Assembly (NCBI GenBank): GCA_963843555.1
Contig: CAWJKV010000014.1
Span: 64,001 to 128,000, forward strand
Reading direction: 5' to 3'
From: an uncultured Methanosarcinales archaeon
GTDB lineage: Archaea; Halobacteriota; Methanosarcinia; Methanotrichales; Methanotrichaceae
DNA: 64,000 bases
In this document: positions 28,736-39,700 of the stretch, piece by piece
Layout: the number at the start of each line of letters is the position of its first letter
Position numbering within the stretch: the first letter of the stretch is position 1
Notes under the pieces: generated by a model
What the model was told of the DNA's origin: nothing
Databases searched by the model: none
What the model saw: the letters and a program-made list of their open reading frames with translations, nothing else
Made by a program: the position numbers and the translations under genes

Positions 28736-29878
28736 ATGCTCTACAGAAAGATGAAAAGAGTGGATTCCAAGCTCTCGATCTTGGGATTCGGATGCATGCG
28801 CCTTCCAATGAAGGAGAACGGCCAGATCGACGAAGAGCATGCTACAAAGATGCTGAGGTATGCCATCGACAACGGGGTGAACTACGTTGACACCGCCTAT
28901 CCCTATCATAATGGAGAGAGCGAGCCGTTCGTGGGACGCGCTCTTCAGGGCGGATACCGTGAAAAGGTCAGTCTTGCCACGAAGCTTCCCAGCTGGCTGA
29001 TCAAATCACGTGAGGACATGGACAGGTATCTGAATGAGCAACTTCTGCGTCTGCAGACCGATCACATCGACTTCTACCTTGTGCACGGACTCATGAAACC
29101 CTTCTGGGACAACCTTCGCAGGCTTCAGGTCACAAAGTTTCTGGATGAAGCTATAAATGACGGCAGAATACGATATGCTGGATTCTCGTTCCACGACGAA
29201 GTGGGATTGTTCAAGGAGATTGTGGATGCCTACGACTGGAGCTTCTGCCAGATCCAGTACAACTTCATGGATGAAGAGTACCAGGCGGGAACCGAGGGGC
29301 TCAGGTACGCGGCCGGGAAGGGATTGGGGATCGTTGTCATGGAACCATTAAGGGGAGGTATGCTCAGCAAAGAGATACCAGCTGTCAGTGATACATGGAA
29401 GACTGCTCCAGTCCCCCGAAGCCCAACCGAATGGGCGCTGCTGTGGGTCTGGAACCATCCCCAAGTTGCAGTGGTCCTCTCCGGCATGTCGGACTGCGAG
29501 CAGGTCGTGCAGAACATTGCTTATGCTGAAAAGGGACTTCCAGACTCGCTTTCCCCGACAGAACTCGATCTCTTTGATAAGGTCAAGGCCGAATACGGGA
29601 AAAGAATCAAGATTCCCTGCACAGGCTGCAGGTATTGCATGCCCTGTCCCTCCGGCGTCAGCATCCCCGAATGCTTTGAGATGTACAATACCGCCTGCAT
29701 GTTTGATGCCCCTGAAGTTGCCAAGTTTAACTACAATATAGTCCTGGGCGGCATGCTGACGGGGAATCCCGAATTCGCATCTCAATGCCAGGAATGTGGA
29801 GAGTGTGAGGAGAAATGCCCGCAAAAGATCCCCATACGCGATCATTTAAAGGAGGTAGTCAAGTACTTTGGAAAGTAG
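28736..29878 (+). CDS. Aldo/keto reductase with C-terminal 4Fe-4S dicluster
   Basis: LGFGCMRLP, DTAYPYH, ATKLP; CTGCRYCMPCP and CQECGECEEKCP. Confidence 0.93.
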   Translation: MLYRKMKRVDSKLSILGFGCMRLPMKENGQIDEEHATKMLRYAIDNGVNYVDTAYPYHNGESEPFVGRALQGGYREKVSLATKLPSWLIKSREDMDRYLNEQLLRLQTDHIDFYLVHGLMKPFWDNLRRLQVTKFLDEAINDGRIRYAGFSFHDEVGLFKEIVDAYDWSFCQIQYNFMDEEYQAGTEGLRYAAGKGLGIVVMEPLRGGMLSKEIPAVSDTWKTAPVPRSPTEWALLWVWNHPQVAVVLSGMSDCEQVVQNIAYAEKGLPDSLSPTELDLFDKVKAEYGKRIKIPCTGCRYCMPCPSGVSIPECFEMYNTACMFDAPEVAKFNYNIVLGGMLTGNPEFASQCQECGECEEKCPQKIPIRDHLKEVVKYFGK

Positions 29879-29987
29879 GAAAAGGAGGAAATCAGCGGAA
29901 GCAGGAAAGTACCAGAAACAGGAAAGTACCAAGAGTAGCAAAACAGCATTGCCTCGGATAGACTGCCCCCTGGTCGCAGAGGGCAGC

Positions 29988-30824
29988 TTACAGCCAATCA
30001 CCGTTGCCGTTGCCCATACTGGATTCAAAACCCCCTGAGTCTGTTCCCATAGCTCTATCGAAAGCCGCCGCTGACTCGTCATATCTGCCTAGAATTGAAA
30101 GAGCCTCTGCTTTCGCTGATAGGGCTTCGAGGTTATCGGGATCTGTCATCAATGCCCTGTTCAATGCCTGAAGGGATTCGTCAGCCCTTCCTGTATTCAA
30201 TAGAAGATTGCCTTTATCCAGCCAGGCCTGTCCGTAGAGAGGATTTAACTCGATGGCTCTATCCAAGGCTGCGAGGGCTTTATCCTGGGCCCCCAAATAT
30301 GAGTAAACCAGGGCCTGACCCCTCCAGGCTTCGGCATTATCGGGATCCAAGTCCAGAGCTCTTTGGAACGCCTGAAGTGATTTATTGTACATATTTGCTT
30401 CATCTATGGGATAGCGCTCCGCCATGGTTATGAGAGTGAAACCTTTGTTGCACCAGGCCGAAGGATTATTGGAATCATTCTCGGTCGCTTCATCGAGTGT
30501 CGAAACTGCCTCTTCAATCCTGCCCAGGTTCAGGAGAACGAGGCTCCTGTTCTCCAGGGCATTGAGATCTCCTGGATTGGCCATAAGATCCTCGTTGTAG
30601 ATCTCCAGGGCCCTTTCAAAGCTCTTATTAGCCTCCTCAAGCGACCCGCTCCATTTTAGTTTGTAGCCGTCTTTGATCAATTTTTCTGCAGGGTCCTCTT
30701 TTGCCGCGGCCATGATACACAGCCCTGCCAGGATTGCCAGAATGAGTGTAGCCCTCATCCATCCATTCAACTTATGATTATTGTCGAAACGCCCAACATC
30801 CGATAAATCATTATGTTTATCCAT
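29988..30824 (-). CDS. Exported TPR protein
   Basis: Signal-like segment and about 6 TPR motifs (AWCNKG, AWRGQA, AWLDKG). Confidence 0.85.
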   Translation of the reverse strand: MDKHNDLSDVGRFDNNHKLNGWMRATLILAILAGLCIMAAAKEDPAEKLIKDGYKLKWSGSLEEANKSFERALEIYNEDLMANPGDLNALENRSLVLLNLGRIEEAVSTLDEATENDSNNPSAWCNKGFTLITMAERYPIDEANMYNKSLQAFQRALDLDPDNAEAWRGQALVYSYLGAQDKALAALDRAIELNPLYGQAWLDKGNLLLNTGRADESLQALNRALMTDPDNLEALSAKAEALSILGRYDESAAAFDRAMGTDSGGFESSMGNGNGDWL

Positions 30825-31054
30825 CTAACCACCTGATTCTGAGTCCTGAAATTAGGCCAAAAGTTGAAATTGAGCCAAAGGCGATAATTCGAAGGGAGAC
30901 CGAGTTTACTGTTTTTTCCACATTTGCCGTATCCATTCACGGCATTTGACGAGATTCGATGTTATTAGTCTTGCGGTCGGCGAACGTGTTGGATTTCGTT
31001 TCTATCCATGGTTGCGCCCTTTCGATCCAAAAAATGCGAAATTATCAAATACCA

Positions 31055-33694
31055 TCAATCGCCAAACCTCCTTATGAACCAGGTCTTCACTACTTGGGTC
31101 AGAATCACATAGCACACCATCATGACCGCCAAGAGCAGCCAATACTCCGACGGCAGGGGGACAAAACCGAGGGTATCGGCCAGAGGCGAGACCGTCAGCC
31201 ATGCACCGAAGGCAACAATAATCAAGGAACTGACGATCAATGGCCAGCTCGCCCGGCTTTCGATGAATGGGATCTTGTTGGTGCGGATGACATGAATGAT
31301 CAGAGTCTGGGTAAAGAGCGACTCTACAAACCAACCGGTGTGAAATAGTTCGGGATTGGTCCAGGCATTGAAGATGTAGAGCATAATGAAGAATGTCAGG
31401 TAATCGAAGATCGAGCTGATGGGTCCGATAAACAGAATGAAACGCTGGATATCGCCAATCGCCCACTTACGCGGCTTGGCCAGCCATTCGGGGTCGACAT
31501 CGTCCGTAGGAATGGTGGTCTGCGAAAAATCGTACAGCAGATTGTTCGTCAGCACCTGGATGGGTAGCATGGGCAGGAAGGGCAGGAAGGCACTGGCACC
31601 CACAACGCTTAACATATTGCCGAAGCTGGAAGAGGCCGCCATCTTGATGTACTTGATGATGTTGCCGAAGACTCGCCGCCCTTCCAATACACCCTGCTCC
31701 AGTATGAGCAGACTATTTTCCAGCAGAATGATGTCGGATGACTCCTTGGCGATGTCCACGGCGCTATCGACAGAAATGCCCACATCGGCAGCCTTCAAAG
31801 CCGGGGCGTCGTTGATGCCATCTCCCATGAAGCCGACGACGTGACCATTGCTTTGCAACGCGTGGACAACTCGCTCCTTGTGGGCAGGGACGAGCCTTGC
31901 AAAGACGCTTGCAGAGAGGACAGCTTCCGAAAGTTGTTGCTCATTCATCTTCTCGATTTGGGAACCGAGCAAGAGATTCTCGACAGGCATGCCTACTTGC
32001 TTGCAGATGTAGGTGGTAATGATTTCATTATCGCCGGTCAGGATCTTGACGTCGACGTTCAAAGCATGCAGCCGTTTCAGTGCCTCCGAGGCGGTCTCCT
32101 TGGGCGGGTCGAGGAAGGCCAGGAAACCCAGCAGTATCAGATCTGATTCATCCTTGACCGAGTAAACCGGTTCGTCCTTCGCTCCCGGCATTTCTTTGTA
32201 CGCCAGAGCTATTACGCGAAAGCCCTCACCGTTCAGAACGCCTGCCATCTGCCGGCTCTTGGCGTCGTGTTCGGGCGACATGCTGGCGACTTCGCCGTTG
32301 ATTTCCACCCGGCTGCACTGGCTCATCACTTCATCCAGTGCGCCTTTGCAGATGAGCGTGTTCAGACCGGTCTCATCTTCGATCACCACCGACATCCTAC
32401 GCCGTACAAAATCGAAGGGGATCTCGTCAATCTTGCGGTACTTTTCATTGGCTTTCAGGCGATCTTCCAGCTCCTCGTGATCGAGAATCGCCTCGTCGAG
32501 CAGGTTCTTGAGCCCGGTATGGTGGTAGCTGTTCAGGTAGCCATAGTGCAGCACCTTCTCGCTGGGCTCACCCAAGACGTCAAGGTGCTTTTCCAGCACG
32601 ATCTTTCCTTTGGTAATGGTCCCAGTTTTATCCGTGCACAGGACATCCATGGCACCGAAGTTTTGGATGGCGTTCAGGCGTTTGACTATCACCTTCTTGG
32701 CCGACATCATGACTGCGCCCTGGGATAGATTGACAGTCACGATCATGGGCAGCATCTCAGGTGTCAGACCTACGGCCACTGCTACGGCAAAGAGGAATGC
32801 TTCCGCCCAGTTGTGTTTGGTCAGTCCGTTGATCAGGAAGACGGCTGGCACCATCACCGCCATGAAGCGGATCATCAGCCAGGTGAATTGGCTGATGCCC
32901 TTGTCGAAACTGGTGAGCTCACGAGGGGCCACGATACTAGCAGCCAGCGATCCAAAATAAGTCCGGTCTCCAGTGTGCACCACTACTGCGGTCGCGGATC
33001 CGCTTTCCACATTTGAGCCCAGAAAGCAGATGTTGGCAAGGTCCAGAGGGCTCTGTTCCCCGGCCGGCTGGGATGCGGCTTTTTTCTCCACAGGCAGTGA
33101 TTCGCCGGTAAGGGCCGATTGATTCAGGAAAAGGTCTTTGGCAAGCAGCAACCGCACGTCTGCTGGCACCAGATCGCCGGCAGCAAGCAAAATGATGTCG
33201 CCCGGCACCAACATCTTGAGTGGAACCTCTGATTCCTTGCCGCCCCTCACCAGTGTGGCAGTGCTGCTGACCATCGCTTTGAGCTTTTCAGCCGCATTAT
33301 CAGCACGCATCTCCTGATAAAAACGCAGCACGACACCCAGCAGCACCATCACGAAGATGACCGCTGTCGCCCGTATGTCGCCGGTGAGAAAAGAGATCAC
33401 GCCTAAAGCCGTTAGAAGAATGACCAGTGGATTCTTGACGTTACTGAGCAGACGCATGAGCCCAGACTGGCGTTTTTCTCGGGCGACCTCATTGGGGCCA
33501 TACTTTTTCAGGCGAGAATCGGCTTCCGACTGGCTCAAGCCTTCAAGGCCAGTTTCAAGATCCTGCAGGACGGTATCGTTGCTCTGACGCGACTTTTCCA
33601 GCAGCTCTGCCGAGACTTCTGCCTCTTTTTCGCTCGCTGGTTTGCCGGAAGGCTGAGGTGAGTTAGGAGTGGTCTTGGTTTTTACAGGTTCCAT
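31055..33694 (-). CDS. mgtA: Magnesium-translocating P-type ATPase
   Basis: TGES, GLTPEMLP, DKTGT, GDGINDAP, NNLLYDFSQ. Confidence 0.95.
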   Translation of the reverse strand: MEPVKTKTTPNSPQPSGKPASEKEAEVSAELLEKSRQSNDTVLQDLETGLEGLSQSEADSRLKKYGPNEVAREKRQSGLMRLLSNVKNPLVILLTALGVISFLTGDIRATAVIFVMVLLGVVLRFYQEMRADNAAEKLKAMVSSTATLVRGGKESEVPLKMLVPGDIILLAAGDLVPADVRLLLAKDLFLNQSALTGESLPVEKKAASQPAGEQSPLDLANICFLGSNVESGSATAVVVHTGDRTYFGSLAASIVAPRELTSFDKGISQFTWLMIRFMAVMVPAVFLINGLTKHNWAEAFLFAVAVAVGLTPEMLPMIVTVNLSQGAVMMSAKKVIVKRLNAIQNFGAMDVLCTDKTGTITKGKIVLEKHLDVLGEPSEKVLHYGYLNSYHHTGLKNLLDEAILDHEELEDRLKANEKYRKIDEIPFDFVRRRMSVVIEDETGLNTLICKGALDEVMSQCSRVEINGEVASMSPEHDAKSRQMAGVLNGEGFRVIALAYKEMPGAKDEPVYSVKDESDLILLGFLAFLDPPKETASEALKRLHALNVDVKILTGDNEIITTYICKQVGMPVENLLLGSQIEKMNEQQLSEAVLSASVFARLVPAHKERVVHALQSNGHVVGFMGDGINDAPALKAADVGISVDSAVDIAKESSDIILLENSLLILEQGVLEGRRVFGNIIKYIKMAASSSFGNMLSVVGASAFLPFLPMLPIQVLTNNLLYDFSQTTIPTDDVDPEWLAKPRKWAIGDIQRFILFIGPISSIFDYLTFFIMLYIFNAWTNPELFHTGWFVESLFTQTLIIHVIRTNKIPFIESRASWPLIVSSLIIVAFGAWLTVSPLADTLGFVPLPSEYWLLLAVMMVCYVILTQVVKTWFIRRFGD

Positions 33695-33839
33695 TCTATT
33701 ATATCATCATATTGAATCGTATAAGGAATTATTGATTGATGATCCTCCAATTGACAAGAAAGATTTCATGAGAAAAATTGAGATATATGGTGCCAATTGC
33801 TTTCCATTCTGCAATCGTCATACTCTAGCCAGCATTTTT

Positions 33840-34592
33840 TTAGCCGCATCTTCCCTCTGCATCACAATCATGGTCGCAGCAATCAATATCCAGACATTTT
33901 GTGCAGCCCCCAACGGGTGGGATACAGATGTTCCTATATTCAGGATTTAATTGCACGGAATTAAATGCCTGAAGAAGCCGGGAAGAATCGGCATCAAATT
34001 GATCAAAAGGCGCATAGATTCCCAGGACATAATCGACTATGGTTCCATAACCGTACAGATCTCTAGTTTCGATTACAAAAGATCCCTGGGATGGAATGCC
34101 GTTTATAGAGAACTCGCAGCGAATCGCCTTCGCAGAAGAGGGCGCTGTGGAATAGGCAAATCCGCTTAATAAGGTAGCTATGTCTTGATTATTATAGAAA
34201 CTCGAGTCCTCGTAACTGATAATTTCCAAACCTTCAATCTTGCTCTCCCCCAGGCTGAAATCCTGAGCCATATAGTTCTCCAGGTAAGACTCGGGTGTGG
34301 TGCCGGAAGGAAGCATAAGATAGCCTTCATGTAGCCGGCTCAGGTAAACAACTCCCCGGGCTGCATTGGAGCCATCCTGGGCAGTGATGCCATTGCACTC
34401 ATTACCGGAGACAGTCCATCCCTCAGGCAGAGAAATGGTGTAATAGTTATCAGAGGAATAGTAATTATTTAAGTCTCCTCCGTCTACCTGACCGGAGCTT
34501 ATGCCCATTAACATAATCAGCAAGGGAACTAAAATTGATTGTGATGACGACGATCTCAAGGTCTTCCCCCACCTAAGAGAAAATATCAACAA
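33840..34592 (-). CDS. Secreted hypothetical protein with Cys-rich C-terminal tail
   Basis: PsbP-like YTISLPEGW; tail CIPPVGGCTKCLDIDCCDHDCDAEGRCG. Confidence 0.6.
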   Translation of the reverse strand: MLIFSLRWGKTLRSSSSQSILVPLLIMLMGISSGQVDGGDLNNYYSSDNYYTISLPEGWTVSGNECNGITAQDGSNAARGVVYLSRLHEGYLMLPSGTTPESYLENYMAQDFSLGESKIEGLEIISYEDSSFYNNQDIATLLSGFAYSTAPSSAKAIRCEFSINGIPSQGSFVIETRDLYGYGTIVDYVLGIYAPFDQFDADSSRLLQAFNSVQLNPEYRNICIPPVGGCTKCLDIDCCDHDCDAEGRCG

Positions 34593-34894
34593 CTTTGATA
34601 TAAATAACCATCGCAGGATGAAGGTAATGGATGGCAGAAAGAAGGAACTCGGAGACTAAGTAGAGCCGGATGGAGTTGAGCTAATTTGGGCGGTTTCATT
34701 TTATATCGACTGCCCAAGCCTGTAACCGATATGGCGAAAGCTATTCGATATTTATGCAATATGTTTTTGCACTTCATCGAGAGGGGTTCCCGGCGTTATA
34801 GAGGTAAAGTGACATGCGTATTTTTCAAATAGTATGAGATACAGTTGTTACCAATTAGGATTGGTAGAGTATTAAGATCCAAGGAGAGGATATT

Positions 34895-35344
34895 ATGGGA
34901 AAGAATAGAGTCCTTTCGATAATGCTGGCACTAATTTTGTTAACATGCTGCTCAGGAGTTCAAGGGACAGCAACTAACCTCTTAAGGCTGGAGGGATCAA
35001 GTGGCTGGACACAACAGATAACTGTTAACCAGGGAACAACGGCGTATCTCGTTGTGCTCGCAGAAAAAGAAGGAATCGGCACTCTCAATGAACTATCTCC
35101 GGATGGCCGCGTACGTAAATACAACTATTTCTTCCGGATCTATGATCGTCTGCCATACTACGCAAATGAGCCTGGGCGACACGTCCTGTCCTATACTATA
35201 GATGGTAGGAAGAGCAATCCGGTGGTAATCGATGTAGCAGGCACGAGCCAGCCAATCCCTTACCCAGTGCCATATGTTGCGTCCCCGATGGGAGCTTACC
35301 AACCTGCCGATCGAGCACCAAATTATGTGGGTGCCCATTATTGA
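34895..35344 (+). CDS. Secreted hypothetical protein (Ig-like, related to the domain in 46856-47849)
   Basis: Signal peptide; YYANEPGRHVL..SNPVVIDV resembles FYADSVGQHIL..SNSIVIDV. Confidence 0.65.
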   Translation: MGKNRVLSIMLALILLTCCSGVQGTATNLLRLEGSSGWTQQITVNQGTTAYLVVLAEKEGIGTLNELSPDGRVRKYNYFFRIYDRLPYYANEPGRHVLSYTIDGRKSNPVVIDVAGTSQPIPYPVPYVASPMGAYQPADRAPNYVGAHY

Positions 35345-35438
35345 TACCGTCAAGTTCCAACTCAGATGATAGAGGGATAAATTGATATGGGAATACCCAA
35401 TGTATTACCATTAATCGTTATGTAAGCAGGGAGAGGTT

Positions 35439-35555
35439 ATGTTCAACTTGTTCAAGAGAGGTACGGAAACCACTGCGAAGGTGGACAAGAAGAAAGAGAA
35501 ACAAGAGGATAGAAGACAGAGAGCGCAGGCCAGAGGACAGAAACCCATAAAATAG
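35439..35555 (+). CDS. Small basic ORF (38 aa)
   Basis: MFNLFKRGTETTAKVDKKKEKQEDRRQRAQARGQKPIK*; SD GGGAGAGG immediately upstream. Confidence 0.45.
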   Translation: MFNLFKRGTETTAKVDKKKEKQEDRRQRAQARGQKPIK

Positions 35556-35599
35556 TCGCCTGGAATTATAAAGGAACATGAATTGGTGGGAGAATAGAT

Positions 35600-35796
35600 G
35601 ATCATAAGATCATAAGATCATAAGATCATAAGATCATAAGATCATAAGATCATAAGATCATAAGATCATAAGATCATAAGATCATAAGATCATAAGATCA
35701 TAAGATCATAAGATCATAAGATCATAAGATCATAAGATCATAAGATCATAAGATCATAAGATCATAAGATCATAAGATCATAAGATCATAAGATCA
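35600..35796. repeat. Perfect tandem repeat (GATCATAA)x24.6
   Basis: 197 bp with no mismatches; 25 GATC sites at 8-bp spacing. Confidence 0.97.
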
Positions 35797-35975
35797 GCTT
35801 GCACGCGCCCGGTCATGGTTCCAATCATGGATTTACAGTCGAAGTCTTAAATTGACTTCGCCGGTTTGAACACTTAACATAGTTCTTTGGCAATCGTTTT
35901 TTATCTCCCCGCGCCTGTAGGCTTTGGCCAGAATCTTCCCACCGATACCTTTTCGCCCTTGCGCCCAAAAAAATC

Positions 35976-36581
35976 TCATCCGCACCCAATTCCAGGGAAA
36001 TATTCGTTAACCGTGTCCTGAACTTCATCCAGCCAGGCCTGTCTCTGCGAGGGGGCGCTCGTCACCACAACTGAGAACGTTTTTCTGTAGAATTCAGTGA
36101 CGCCACATAGACCAAATATGCAGTCCTCCCAGATCCTCTGCAAAGGATCTCCAAAGCTATTCCGTTCTCGCCTGGCATCAGTATTGGACGTATTGAAGAC
36201 GAGAGCCTTCCCGGCCCGGAGCCGCCCGCAGGGCACTCCTTCTCCGCTATCGCCTTCCAAAAACTCGTAGGCAACTCCCGGACGCATGACTCTGTCCACC
36301 CAACCCTTGAGGATGGCAGGCGGCATGCCCCACCAATTGGGATGAACTATTATTATTCCGTCAGCATTATGGAGCTCATGGCAGTGACTCTGGATCAGAG
36401 GACCAACAGTTGCGGATTTGGGAATCTCCTCCCAGGGAAGGATGGGGTCGAAGCCCTCCAGATAGAGGTCATGGAACGCTACTTCATAGCCATTCCCTTC
36501 CAGGGTTTCCAGGGCTTTTCCTGCAATGGCATGGTTGAAGCTTCCAGTGCAGGGGTGGGCGAGAATCAGTGAGACTTTCAT
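35976..36581 (-). CDS. Flavodoxin-like NAD(P)H dehydrogenase (quinone), MdaB/KefF family
   Basis: AHPCTGSFNHA, DLYLEGFDP, PNWWGMPPAILKGWVDRV. Confidence 0.92.
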   Translation of the reverse strand: MKVSLILAHPCTGSFNHAIAGKALETLEGNGYEVAFHDLYLEGFDPILPWEEIPKSATVGPLIQSHCHELHNADGIIIVHPNWWGMPPAILKGWVDRVMRPGVAYEFLEGDSGEGVPCGRLRAGKALVFNTSNTDARRERNSFGDPLQRIWEDCIFGLCGVTEFYRKTFSVVVTSAPSQRQAWLDEVQDTVNEYFPGIGCG

Positions 36582-36730
36582 TATAATCATTCCTTTTCTT
36601 ATTCTGGCCTCGGAGAGTTTAATTGATTTTGCATCTCGCACTATGGAAGCTATTTGAATATCAGGCTTGCTTTACTTTGGAAATCTTTATATATTTTAAA
36701 TGACTATCAACGCATGTGATCGGTGATCGT

Positions 36731-39700
36731 ATGAAGCAGAATCTGGCTATCTTCTTCGTCTGCTTAGTGTGTCTGTTCTCTTGTACCGGTCTATCATTTG
36801 GTGATGGATCTGATATAGTGAACAGCAGCAGCACTTGGCAGGATGCATCGCTGTTGAATAAAGATCCAGGGACAGATAACGCCGCAGCGGATCCCAATAG
36901 CCTTCCACCAGGCATTCCCTCCAATCTGGAAGGATCCGAATTTATCATAAACGGCACAAAATTCGATGATCTGAACGGGGACGGTTTAAGATCTAAGGAC
37001 GAAAACGGCATTCCCGGCTGGACTATAGTCCTGAAGACCGACGGCATGGATTATCTCCAAACCACCACGGACGATGAAGGAGGGTATTCTTTCCCGAACC
37101 TGTCGCCAGGGATTTATACAGTTTCAGAGATCAACCCGGCGGGATGGAACCAGACCGCTCCAGGCGGAGGCAGCTATACAATCAACCTCATTGATAAAGA
37201 TGCAATAAACTATGATTTTGGCAACCATCCGGGCCCAGTAAGATCAGCCCCGAGAACGTATCCGATTATGTCCAGAAATGCCTGGCTCATTCATTCTCAA
37301 GGGGTGAAAAGGCTGAGCGAGGCGGAAGGATATAACACTACCGACCTTAAAGCCCAGGCAAATGCCAGCTTCCCTGCATCTATGAGTCTTTTAAGCCATG
37401 TTCCCTATATTCCAGATGAAAGAGACCAGGGCGTTTGTGGCAACTGCTGGGTTTGGGGTTGCACAGTGCCAGTTGAGATTGCCAATTATTTCCAGAATAA
37501 TGTATCCGACCGTCTCTCCATCCAGTACTTTAATTCCAACTATAACGGAGGAACTGGATCCTGGGCTTGCTGCGGTGGTTGGGAAGGAATTTTTGCAAGT
37601 TTCTACAATGCACAGAAAAAGTTCATTCCCTGGTCTAACACGAATGCTAATTATCGTGATGGAAATCGCCAGTGTGGCAGCTCAACCGGCGTTCCTGCGG
37701 GATCTATTTCCACCGCTCCTAGCTATCCAATTACATCCATACAATGGCATCTCATTCCCACCAGAGGCAGCGGCATCACTCAGGATCAGGCCATCAATAA
37801 CATCAAGGCCATACTCAACCAGAACAAAGCTGTAACACTGGGCTTCTACCTGCCCGACTTCAGTCCGTTCTTTTCCTACTGGAGCAGCAATTCAGGGGTC
37901 TGGAATCCAGACTTGTACTGTGGCCAGCCTGACGGAGCATATCCAGGCGGGCACGAAGTCACGATTGTCGGCTATAATGATACAAGCCCAACCGACCATT
38001 ACTGGATTGTGTTGAACAGTTGGGGTACCAACAATGCACACCCTGACGGCACCTACAAAGTCAACATGCATATGAATTACGGCTGCACGAATAGCGGTTA
38101 TTATTCATATGACTTCGGATACTTCGATGTAGTCTTTAGTACCATAAATACAGCACCGAACAAGCCTTTAGCACCATCAGGGCCTGGTAACGGCACTACT
38201 GGGATCTCCTACATCTATGTTACGTCTGCAACTGATCCTGATGGGGATCAGGTGTTGTACACATTCGACTGGGGAGACGGAACAACTCAGTCCCAAACGA
38301 GCCTGGTCAACTCAGGATCGAATGCAAGCGCATCTCATGTCTGGAACTCAGGAGGTATGTACCAGGTCAGAGCCTTTGCTACGGACAACAAAAGTGCATC
38401 CTCAGGATGGTCCGAGGCGTTAACAGTTGCTATAAATGAGACAATCAATACTCCACCGCAAATGCCCCTGGTGCCCATTGGTCCGAATTCCGGCACAACA
38501 GAGACCGCCTACTCCTACATTACGTCTGCAACTGATCCTGATGGAGACCGGGTGTTGTACATATTCGACTGGGGAGACGGAACAACTCAGTCCCAGACGG
38601 GTTTGGTAGATTCAGGATCGAATGCAAGCGCATCTCATATCTGGGACGCGGCAGGGACCTACCAGATAAGCGCTTTCGCCATGGATAGCAGAGGTGCATC
38701 GTCTGATCGGTCGAATGCAACGGAGATCGTCATAGATGAGATGCCAAACAGACCTCCAGAAACACCCTCCGCGCCGACAGGACCCAATTCCGGAACCATA
38801 GAGACCTCCTACCTCTATGCTACGTCTGCAACGGATCCTGACGGAGACCGAATAATATACACTTTCGATTGGGGAGATGGTTCTGCAGAGTCACAGACGG
38901 GATCGGTGAACTCAGGTTCAAATGCCTATGCATCTCACAGCTGGAACGCGGCAGGAACGTATCAGTTGAAAGCATTTGCAACAGATAGCGAAGGTGCGGA
39001 CTCTGGATGGTCAGATTCAACAACTGTTATCGTAAATGAGCCGCCTAATTCGCCCCCTAATACACCATCGGCACCTTATGGAATTGCATCAGGAAAAGCA
39101 GGAAACGCTTACAGTTATGCCACATATGTATCCGATCCCAATAGCGATCAGGTGAAGTGCACATTTGACTGGGGAGATGGAACAACCTCTGAAACGGATT
39201 ATATCGCCTCAGGAACCCAGGCAACTGGATCTCACACCTGGAACAGCGGAGGAACATATCGGGTCAAAGTCATGGCAACCGATAGCAAAGATGCAAATTC
39301 GGGATGGTCGGCTGCAAAGACGGTAATCATTGCCGGGAATAGTCCTCCCAGAACACCGGCAAAACCCACAGGACTCTCTTCGGGCAAGATAGGAACCTCT
39401 TACGGCTTTGCTACATACGCAGCTGATCCGGATAGAGATCGGGTAATGTATACATTTGACTGGGGAGATGGAACAACCTCTGAAACGGGTTACGTCGCCT
39501 CTGGAGCGCGGGCTAGTGGATCACACATCTGGAGCAATGGAGGATCATATCCGGTCAAAGCCATGGCTACCGATAGCAATGGTGCAAATTCGGGATGGTC
39601 AGCTGCAAAGACGGTCGTCATAAATGCTCCACCTGATTCGCCACAAGCGCCTTCCGGCCCGGGTTCCGGCGCTCGGGGAGCATACTATACCTACACCACC

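Noticed and set aside
33695..33839. M-box riboswitch or Pro-rich leader peptide upstream of mgtA
   Set aside because: Short AT-rich spacer with no recognisable structure or leader ORF.
35600..35796. CRISPR array
   Set aside because: Pure 8-bp tandem repeat with no spacers; no cas genes in the window.
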